From an uncultured Nitrososphaerota archaeon (lineage in GTDB: Archaea; Thermoproteota; EX4484-205; JAAOZP01), in contig CAYQCW010000001.1 of the NCBI GenBank assembly GCA_964416155.1, positions 1 to 64,000 on the forward strand: DNA of 64,000 nucleotides, given 5' to 3'. Each line of letters starts with the position of its first letter. The first letter of the stretch is position 1. Under the pieces are notes generated by a model that ran no database searches, was not told the DNA's origin, and saw nothing but the letters and a program-made list of their open reading frames with translations. Of the stretch, positions 56,650-64,000 are shown in pieces. Both the position numbers and the translations under genes were made by a program.

Positions 56650-58221
56650 TTAAATAAGACAGGCACCCTCAACAGGGCTAACCAGCGTTATACCGTTTTT
56701 CGGCCTGCTCTCGTCACAATAATACTCTTTCACCAACACATCTACAACCTTACCCACAGACTTATTATCCACGAGGATCTCGACACAGCCCCCTAGGCCG
56801 GCACCTACCATGGATGCCCCTAAGGTACCTGGGACTTTTAACGCAGAGTCAACCAGGTAATCAGTCTCCACAGTTCCACAACCATAGTAGCCCGACTGAA
56901 ACTCCAGCCTAGCCTCGCCTTCTAAACCGGTAAGCCTCTCCAAGTATTCGTCAGTCACCCTTACGTGCCATTTTGCGCCTGATTTAACCACCCTATCCGC
57001 GTCATGTGAAACATTCATCAGTCTTCCGAAAAGCTCCACGTCCCCCGGTAGAATCCATTCTGTTTTCCTGCTCCGTTCACATTCTGAAATCCCGAATAAG
57101 CATACCCCCCTCAAGTCATACCCTTCCTTAGGCTCCTTATGCTCTTTAAACAGCCTGTTCAACCATTCCTCTTTCTCCGGAAGGAGGCTTCTAAGCTCAC
57201 TCCTACTTATTTTCTCAGGCAGGGATTTAAGCATCCTATATATTTCAACAGTTTCAAAATTCTCAGGATTGACATCTCTCAAATACTCGAGCGTCTTCAA
57301 TTCAGGGTTGAACTTCTTCATGAGCTCAAACCCGAACTCGTAGGTGGAAATCTTTTCGTTGAAAATGCTCCTAGCCCCCGTCATCTTGCTTGCTGCAACA
57401 AAGGAGTTGCAGAGAAGGATGCTGACTCCGGTTGGGAAGGGTATGTAGGATATTTTAAACGGGAAGAAGCCTATGTGACTTATGAAGCCTTTTTTCGAGA
57501 AGAGCATTGCCGCCTGATCCCCCCATCCACCCCTGGTTCCCACGTACCATTCCCCTATGCCAGTGTATTCAACCATCTTCTCCCTTGGGATTTCAAGACC
57601 GTTCAGGTTTGAAACAGTCAAGTACGTGGCGACGACTAGCGCCGATGACGAGGAAAGCCCTGCGGACCGAGGTATGTCCCCATAGCAGACAATGTTCGCC
57701 CCGAGAAGCCTTCTCCTATATGAGCCATTATCCATGTAAACGTTCTGCAAGTAGCATATTGACTTAACATAGTTTATCCAAGATTTTCTCTCCTTCTCCG
57801 GTTTCCTCTCGATGTTTTCCTGAGTCCACTTTCTCCATCCATCCACCGTAGATATTTTTCTCGTTGGCAACTCCTCTCCGATTTCAAACTTCCCGGATTC
57901 AAACCTCTCCTCAGCGTTATGAATCTCAACACAGGAGTCTTCTCTTCTTTCAGCAACCATTATGACTTCTCTCGGAATCACGATCGGGTTTACGAACCCC
58001 CCTCTGTGATCCACGTGTCTACCCATAAGGTTTACTCTACCTGGAACCCTGACGATTATCACTTTCCTTTCAAAACCGTATGTTTCCCCAAAAATCTTCA
58101 AAACCTTCAGAATCACTCTCCTCCTCTCCTCCATGAAATCCGACCCATATATTTCAGCCAGCCTACTAGACCCGGGACCGGTTTTGATGAAATCGACCCA
58201 TGATGAAACAGTTCTCATCAT
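56650..58221 (-). CDS. GHMP-family anomeric sugar kinase (galactokinase-like with altered sugar site)
   Basis: PGRVNLMGRHVDHRGG, P.SAGLSSSSAL, GGWGDQ, GAGLGGC. Confidence 0.88.
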   Translation of the reverse strand: MMRTVSSWVDFIKTGPGSSRLAEIYGSDFMEERRRVILKVLKIFGETYGFERKVIIVRVPGRVNLMGRHVDHRGGFVNPIVIPREVIMVAERREDSCVEIHNAEERFESGKFEIGEELPTRKISTVDGWRKWTQENIERKPEKERKSWINYVKSICYLQNVYMDNGSYRRRLLGANIVCYGDIPRSAGLSSSSALVVATYLTVSNLNGLEIPREKMVEYTGIGEWYVGTRGGWGDQAAMLFSKKGFISHIGFFPFKISYIPFPTGVSILLCNSFVAASKMTGARSIFNEKISTYEFGFELMKKFNPELKTLEYLRDVNPENFETVEIYRMLKSLPEKISRSELRSLLPEKEEWLNRLFKEHKEPKEGYDLRGVCLFGISECERSRKTEWILPGDVELFGRLMNVSHDADRVVKSGAKWHVRVTDEYLERLTGLEGEARLEFQSGYYGCGTVETDYLVDSALKVPGTLGASMVGAGLGGCVEILVDNKSVGKVVDVLVKEYYCDESRPKNGITLVSPVEGACLI

Positions 58222-58293
58222 TCTGCTGAAAACAGCCTCTAGAATTCATATTTAAGCGTTGAACTGATGGTTAGCTAATTTTTAAATATCTAT

Positions 58294-59325
58294 TTGAGGG
58301 TTAGAGAAGACATGCCTGTCAGAGTGGCGGTCTACGGGTTGGGTCCAATAGGAATGCTTATAGCCAGAAAAGTTTTTGAGAGGAAAGGCCTTGAACTCGT
58401 GGCTGCTTTCGAGACTGATCCTTCTAAAATAGGCAGGGATATTGGCGAAGTGATTAACATAGGGGAGAGGATTGGCTTAATTGTTTCAAGAGAGTCTGAA
58501 GCAACTGAAATTCTGAGGAGAAGCAGGGCTGATGTTGTACTTCACGCAACCTCCTCCTTCTTGGATAAAATATATCCGCAGATCGTTAAATGTGTTGAAG
58601 CAGGGGTTGATTTAATCTCGACTTCAGAGACACTAGCCAACCCTTGGTATCGTTATCCTCAGCTGGCTTCAGAAATAGACAGGATGGCTAGGGAAAACAA
58701 TGTTTCAATCATAGGTGCCGGCGTAAACCCTGGGTTTGTATTCGACGCTTTACCCATACTCATGACATTGGTCTGCACAAGAATAGACTGTTTAAGAGTC
58801 ACAAGGTCTTTAGACGCCGGAAAAAGAAGGTTTTCCTTCCAGAAGAAATACGGGCTTGCCTTAAGCGTTGACGAGTTTAAGCGTAAAATGGAGAGTGGCG
58901 AGATAACGGCACACATAGGATACGGGGAATCCGTTGGTCTTATCGCAACTGCTCTGGGAGTAAGCCTGACTAGGATAGTTGAGAAACAGGAACCGATAGT
59001 CTCCGAGAAACCGCTGAAAACGCAATATTTTGAAATAATGCCTGGAAGAGTCTCTGGGGTACATGGCTATGGAGCTGGCTATGCCGGGGGGAAAGAGTTG
59101 ATCAGGGTCGAGCTGCTGGCTGAAGCGGGCAGGGAGGAGTTTGAAGAGGTAATCATCGAAGGAGAACCTCCAGTGAGGTGGAGGAGCACCGGCATTGTCG
59201 GCGACACTGCTACTGCCGCAGTAATAATTAACCTTATCCCGAAGGTTTTAGAGGCAAGACCAGGCTTGCTGAGAATAACAGATATCCCCCTGCCGTCTGC
59301 CTTCTTAACTTTAAAAACGGATTAA
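58294..59325 (+). CDS. Dihydrodipicolinate-reductase-like / 2,4-diaminopentanoate dehydrogenase (Ord)-like amine dehydrogenase
   Basis: YGLGPIG, STSE.L, GVNPGF..D, RR..FQ.K.G, H.G..ES, GD.ATAA...N.IP.V..A.PG. Confidence 0.8.
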   Translation: MRVREDMPVRVAVYGLGPIGMLIARKVFERKGLELVAAFETDPSKIGRDIGEVINIGERIGLIVSRESEATEILRRSRADVVLHATSSFLDKIYPQIVKCVEAGVDLISTSETLANPWYRYPQLASEIDRMARENNVSIIGAGVNPGFVFDALPILMTLVCTRIDCLRVTRSLDAGKRRFSFQKKYGLALSVDEFKRKMESGEITAHIGYGESVGLIATALGVSLTRIVEKQEPIVSEKPLKTQYFEIMPGRVSGVHGYGAGYAGGKELIRVELLAEAGREEFEEVIIEGEPPVRWRSTGIVGDTATAAVIINLIPKVLEARPGLLRITDIPLPSAFLTLKTD

Positions 59326-59343
59326 ACGTTTATAGTTTGGAAG

Positions 59344-60642
59344 ATGAGCTACTGGGAAAGAACGAGAAAATCCAGAGAACTCTTTGAAAAGGCTAAGAAA
59401 CATATTCCCGGCGGGTCGGCCTACTCAATAAGGTATTTTGAGCCATATCCTTTCTACGTCAGCCGAGCTGAAGGCAGCAGGATCTGGGATGTCGATGGTA
59501 ATGAATATATTGATTTTTGGATGGTTCATTTCGCCGCTGTCCTCGGACACGGCTATAAACCGGTAATCGAAGCTGCAAGGGAACAGCTTGAATACGGTGC
59601 GCATTTCGGATGGTGCAACGAATGGGAGGGGAAGTGGGCGGAGGCAGTGTGCAGATGGTTTGATATGGATATGGCTAAGCCAGCCAACAGCGGGACGGAG
59701 GCTAACATGTATGCAGTCAGGCTTGCGAGAGCCTACACTGGAAGAAGGAAAATCGGGAAGATGGAAGGGGGATGGCACGGAGGATACGATGGATTACATA
59801 AGGCGGTTAACTATCCTTACGATAAACCATCCTCGCTGGGCTTAACCAGCGTTGAAAACATTATTCCACTACCATTTAACGATCTTGAGGCAACAATAAG
59901 AATAGCTGAGAAGGAGGATCTGGCAGGCATAATCTTAGAACCGGTTCTAGGATCAGCAGGATTTATACCTGCAAGCGGAGAATACTTGAAGGGCATTAGG
60001 GAGTTCTGCAGCATAAGAAACATAGTATTAATATTTGACGAAGTTATCACCGGATTTAGGCATCCTGGAGGAATGCAGAAGTATTTTAAAGTCAAACCTG
60101 ACATTCTAACTCTTGGTAAAACTGCTGGGGGACAGTATTTCGCTGGGGCAGGAGGAATATGTGGAGCCGCCGAGATAATGAGTCTGCTCGACCAGATCGA
60201 GAGGCCGGAGTTTTGGAGCCGGTCATTCCACGGAGGGACATATGTCGGTAATGCTTTAACAATGCACGCCGGGTATGTTACAGTGAACGAGCTTGAGAAG
60301 AGGTGTGAAGAGATATATTCCTACATTAATTCTCTCGGAGAATACGGTAGAAGACGCGTCATGGAGGTTCTTAAAAATAACAGGTTTGAAGCCTATGTTA
60401 CTGGATTACTATCCATGATCGGTTTGCATTTTACAAAAGAAAATCCGGTGAACGGCTTGACGGCGGAGAGAACTAAGAATAGGGAGTTGAGTAGAAAACT
60501 ATTCAACCATATGTTGCAGAATGGGATAGCGTATCAAACACCGGAGACCCCGCATTTTGCTGTCTCCACGGCTCACACTATGGATGAGGTGGAAAGACTC
60601 GCGAAGGAGTTGGAGACCTTTATTAAAACGCGGGTGGAATAG
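59344..60642 (+). CDS. Class III PLP aminotransferase (GSA-aminomutase-like)
   Basis: G.RIWDVDGNEYID, NSGTEAN, GGWHG, FDEVITGFR, PD...LGK, HGGT. Confidence 0.88.
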   Translation: MSYWERTRKSRELFEKAKKHIPGGSAYSIRYFEPYPFYVSRAEGSRIWDVDGNEYIDFWMVHFAAVLGHGYKPVIEAAREQLEYGAHFGWCNEWEGKWAEAVCRWFDMDMAKPANSGTEANMYAVRLARAYTGRRKIGKMEGGWHGGYDGLHKAVNYPYDKPSSLGLTSVENIIPLPFNDLEATIRIAEKEDLAGIILEPVLGSAGFIPASGEYLKGIREFCSIRNIVLIFDEVITGFRHPGGMQKYFKVKPDILTLGKTAGGQYFAGAGGICGAAEIMSLLDQIERPEFWSRSFHGGTYVGNALTMHAGYVTVNELEKRCEEIYSYINSLGEYGRRRVMEVLKNNRFEAYVTGLLSMIGLHFTKENPVNGLTAERTKNRELSRKLFNHMLQNGIAYQTPETPHFAVSTAHTMDEVERLAKELETFIKTRVE

Positions 60643-60709
60643 ATTTCCAATAGTTGGAGAACATTCTTCATCAATATTCCTAGTAACGGAAAATTTATAG
60701 CATGCGAAG

Positions 60710-61522
60710 CTAAGGATTCTTTAAACTGTTTAGACAAGCCTCTATTAAGTCTTTTGAGGTTGTTGACCAAGCATACTTAGTCTCTATCTCTTGAACAAAT
60801 ATTCTTGTAGCCAGCAGCTTGTCAACAGTATCGTGAGCCTCAATAGCTGTAGTGCAATCCCTCAAAATTATAATGTTGTATCCCATTTCACTCATAGCCT
60901 TAACCCCATAATCCCTATGTTGCAGACACATGTTGGTGGCGAAACCCGCGTAGAAAAGGTGGAGTTTCCCCAGTTTCTTGAGTATTCTGTGTAACTGTCT
61001 TCCAGACCTTACGACATAGTCATCCGGCTGAGGGGCAAGTGGCTCCGCTATCATTAGTTTCTCCCCGTATATGTGTTCCCAAGTTTCACGAGGGGGTGAA
61101 AACCCCCTATTGAAAACGGAAAAAATCCCGATCCTCTCAGCGAACTCTCTGGGAGGCCATTCAGGGTCTACGGAAGCGTATGCCGGAAAGCGTTCCTCAT
61201 CCCCTTTTTTAAAGCAGCAGGATGATTGAGGGTATTTTTCAGCCACGTTGGACGAGGGAGCATGTATCACTGTTATACCGGTTCTCCTAGCAGCGTCAAC
61301 TACTGGAACAATTTTTTCCTCAACTATTTTTCTCGACCTCGAGAGGTAGCTTTCACAGTAGTGGATGCTCCAACAATCCACCAAGATTAGAACGCTTTCA
61401 ACAACAGGTATTTCAAGAAATTTCTCAACATAGTGAAAGTCTTTCTCCAAGCACCCGTAGGGCTTCTCCTCAAAGTAAAGCCTATAATACCTAGCGGGGA
61501 TTTTTAACACGGGTTTTTGCAT
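60710..61522 (-). CDS. Isochorismatase-like cysteine hydrolase
   Basis: LILVDCW, VIHAPS, YAGFATNMCL, ILRDCT. Confidence 0.8.
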   Translation of the reverse strand: MQKPVLKIPARYYRLYFEEKPYGCLEKDFHYVEKFLEIPVVESVLILVDCWSIHYCESYLSRSRKIVEEKIVPVVDAARRTGITVIHAPSSNVAEKYPQSSCCFKKGDEERFPAYASVDPEWPPREFAERIGIFSVFNRGFSPPRETWEHIYGEKLMIAEPLAPQPDDYVVRSGRQLHRILKKLGKLHLFYAGFATNMCLQHRDYGVKAMSEMGYNIIILRDCTTAIEAHDTVDKLLATRIFVQEIETKYAWSTTSKDLIEACLNSLKNP

Positions 61523-61660
61523 AGGGATGTCTTAAACAGCTGGTTTAAATCCTTTTCCCACATTGTTGAAAGCGTGCATTCTTCAAACCACCTAGCTCGA
61601 GATTTTAGAAGAATGAGAAAAACTTAAGAAACCCTCGGGCACTCGCTACAAAGATAAGGA

Positions 61661-62212
61661 TTGAATTCAAAACTGATCGATATGGATGGCTCCGCATTGC
61701 TGATTGTCGACGTGCAAGAGAAGCTTTTCCCCTTAATGAATAGAAGGGAAGAGATTCTGAGAAACATAGTGAAACTAATAAGGTTTTGCAAAAAATGTGA
61801 AATACCCATCATAGTGACCGAGCAGTATCCTAAGGGACTTGGAAGAACAGTGCAAGAAATAAGGAGTGAGCTTGGATGCATTGAGCCTATTGAAAAGACT
61901 AGTTTCAGCTGTTTCGGCTCTCGAGAATTCAGGAACACCGTGAGAAGGACGAGAGTAAAAACTTTAATAATTGCAGGCATAGAGGCACACGTATGTATAA
62001 TGCAGACGGCGCTTGAGACCCCTGGGAAAATAAGAGCCTGCGTCGTGGCTGATGCCGTCTCCTCCCGCGCAATAGAAAACATCGATCTTGCTTTGCAAAG
62101 GATGAGGGATTCTGGTATTATAATTTCTTCAACAGAAATGGTAATGTATGAATTGTTAAAAGATTCAAAAACAAGAATGTTTAAGGAAGTAAGGGAGCTC
62201 TTGAAAACATAG
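61661..62212 (+). CDS. Isochorismatase-like hydrolase (YcaC/ISOC-like)
   Basis: LLIVDVQEKL, TEQYPKGLG.T, EKTSFSC, GIEAHVC, DAVSSR, STEM. Confidence 0.92.
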   Translation: MNSKLIDMDGSALLIVDVQEKLFPLMNRREEILRNIVKLIRFCKKCEIPIIVTEQYPKGLGRTVQEIRSELGCIEPIEKTSFSCFGSREFRNTVRRTRVKTLIIAGIEAHVCIMQTALETPGKIRACVVADAVSSRAIENIDLALQRMRDSGIIISSTEMVMYELLKDSKTRMFKEVRELLKT

Positions 62213-62254
62213 CCCTAATCTTTAACATGGCTAGTTTTTGAGAAAAACACTCCA

Positions 62255-63301
62255 TTAAATCTTTAAACTGCCCTCTAGAGTCGCATTTAAGCCCCCTATG
62301 ATTTCTCTCCGAAGCATCTCCCATATTGCCTTGGCGTATATCTCGGCCTCCTCCCTGCTCACAACCGTTCTGTGCGGAAGGGCCTCGGGCTTAAGATACT
62401 TGCTCGGGTTCTCGCCCCTAGCCTTGATCAGCTCAGCCAGGATGCTCGCCAGATCCGGGGGTTTCTGCGGGTGTATTCTGAGGTTTGCCGCCGCATATAT
62501 CTCCCTGAGCTTCTCAACCCTGATGCTCTTAACCCTGCTGTATGTTGAAAGCATGTGCCCCATCATGTATTCCACCAGGTCGCTGGGCACTCCGTTAGCC
62601 ATGAGCTGCGTGCGGAAGAACTTTCGAAGGCTGTGAACCCTGAGGTCGTACCTCCTCCCGTTCTTTATAATCCTGCTGCCCGCACGGCTGAAAACGCCAG
62701 CCAGTATGTGCCTGGCAGCGTAGGTGCTCAACGGCTTCGGCTTAGAGGATGCGGTTACGAAAAGCGGGGTCTCGTCAGCGATGTTCTCAGGGGGTATTTT
62801 CTCCGTGCCCCTGCGGCGAGCCTCAAGGTAGAGCCTCAAATATTTAACGGCTTCCTCGCCCACGAAAGTATCGTAGTCGCAGACCTTGCCCTTGTTCAAC
62901 GATGCCTCGACATGAATGTGGAGCGGAACCCTGTTGGCCTCCAGGTCCTGCTTCACATGCCTATACTTCAGCATCATGAGGGTTGAGATTCTGAAGCCCC
63001 CGGTCGCCAGCATCGCGATCATAGCCTTCTCCCTGAGGGGGGCGACCTCTATGATGCGTTGAAGCTCCTCCTGGGTTGGAGCCCTGTCCTTGAACGTTGC
63101 CCTCGTGCTGTAGCTTTTCGGAAGCCTTATCTCGACATCGTTAACGTTGAAAAAGGTTTTCACGAAGGCTGAGTAGACGAGCAGAGAGTATGTTGCCAAG
63201 CCCTCAGCCTCCTTCTCCCCCAGCCTTCCTCTCGTATACTTCGAAACACGGGTTGTTTCAGCAATACTCCAAGCCAGGATCCTGCCCTTCTTCGAAGCCA
63301 A
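62255..63301 (-). CDS. Tyrosine recombinase/integrase, probably N-terminally truncated or chimeric
   Basis: DRAPT.EEL, catalytic GFR, K (NKGK), HSLRK, MGH and Y. The frame is open upstream to 63553 with unrelated-looking sequence and no ATG/GTG/TTG until 63301. Confidence 0.85.
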   Translation of the reverse strand: MASKKGRILAWSIAETTRVSKYTRGRLGEKEAEGLATYSLLVYSAFVKTFFNVNDVEIRLPKSYSTRATFKDRAPTQEELQRIIEVAPLREKAMIAMLATGGFRISTLMMLKYRHVKQDLEANRVPLHIHVEASLNKGKVCDYDTFVGEEAVKYLRLYLEARRRGTEKIPPENIADETPLFVTASSKPKPLSTYAARHILAGVFSRAGSRIIKNGRRYDLRVHSLRKFFRTQLMANGVPSDLVEYMMGHMLSTYSRVKSIRVEKLREIYAAANLRIHPQKPPDLASILAELIKARGENPSKYLKPEALPHRTVVSREEAEIYAKAIWEMLRREIIGGLNATLEGSLKI

Positions 63302-63553
63302 GCAGACGGGCAGAACCAGGGTTCCGTTTCTCAGATCTATGATTATGAACGCGTGCAGCCCAACCGTGTCAATCCTGGCTCTCCACCAGAGCCCCCCGTC
63401 GGAATCAGGCTCCAGGGGATGCTTAACTATGAATAACGGTAGCGATTCCAGCCCTTCCAGCGTTACGGCAAGGCTGACCTGATGATCCTGAATCCTTTCT
63501 AAATATGTTTTAAGCAGGGCTTGCCTCCTCGGGGGATAATAGAGTGTAGTCCG

Positions 63554-63992
63554 TCATTTCCTCGCAACCTCCAAGCAAGCGTCACAGATCTAAGTTCTAG
63601 GGTGCTCACGGGTATCGATGCCTCTGAAGAGGTAGCTGTCAACATTGACAACGTACTCCCCCGACAGGGTAAGCGTACTTAGCCTTCCTCTTGCCTCCAA
63701 CCCTCTCAGGGAAAAGGTAGTTGAGAACGCTCATGTAAACGTGCGTGGGAGCATACCTGTTGCAGAGCCTCCAGAGAGCCTTTTGATTAATCCTTCTCCT
63801 CAACGTGTTGAGCTTGATGAACCTCTTGTCACGCGTAACTATTCTAACGTGCTTCTGCCCGAGGTTCCAAGGCAGGGAGGAAGGCGGACGAGTATTCTCG
63901 TAATACCTTTCAACTGGCTCCAGGCGCATCCATGACACCCCCTCCCCAACGGGGAGAGAAGCCTCACCATAAGGAAGCTTGGGGATAAACAT
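63554..63992 (-). pseudogene. Archaeo-eukaryotic primase (PriS-like) remnant
   Basis: LCNRYAPTHVYMSVL.Y..P...YP.GG, then after a frameshift EYVVNVDSY (motif I DxD degenerated to NVD), an in-frame stop, and ICDACLEVARK. Confidence 0.6.
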
Positions 63993-64000
63993 TGTTTCAA

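Larger units (their letters stand above)
62240..64000 (-). mobile_element. Decayed integrated element (integrase + primase remnant), extends beyond the window
   Basis: Integrase at the boundary with host genes, followed by a broken primase gene; no att site identified. Confidence 0.6.

Noticed and set aside
59344-60642. hemL assignment, and hemE for the URO-D-fold genes
   Set aside because: The motifs are only family-level and no other tetrapyrrole genes are nearby, so symbols were withheld.
62213-62254. att site or tRNA target next to the integrase
   Set aside because: No tRNA-like sequence and no matching repeat seen within the window.

Overview
64-kb archaeal chromosomal segment. Evidence: TATA-box-like upstream elements, GGTGA/GGAGG ribosome-binding sites, frequent TTG/GTG starts, archaeal-type ThyA, Trm14-like methylase and core MetE. 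The gene content suggests an anaerobic sugar-fermenting TACK lineage such as Brock-/Bathyarchaeia, which is inference only. Most of the window is carbohydrate uptake and catabolism: an Opp/Dpp-type ABC importer, GH127, GH38, a GxGYxYP protein, rhamnulokinase, UxaC-like, PfkB, Gfo/Idh/MocA, and a GHMP kinase-nucleotidyltransferase-NDP-sugar dehydrogenase operon. There are also five URO-D/MtaA-fold paralogs, two of them decayed. The most striking element is a tightly packed pta-ackA-glmU-like-acp-acpS operon: an acyl carrier protein with a non-canonical ESI attachment motif and its PPTase, with no fatty-acid synthase genes in the window. This suggests an ACP-dependent acetyl-transfer system in an archaeon. 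Other notable items: an SPFH/zinc-ribbon membrane operon; a wHTH + AAA-ATPase-REase gene pair flanked by a 66/68-bp direct repeat; two dispersed relics resembling the IS200/IS605 tnpB 3' end (omegaRNA region); a frameshifted arrestin/SpoOM-like gene; and a decayed integrase/primase element at the right edge. No rRNA, tRNA or CRISPR array was recognised. All family assignments come from motif recognition by eye; no database searches were run.
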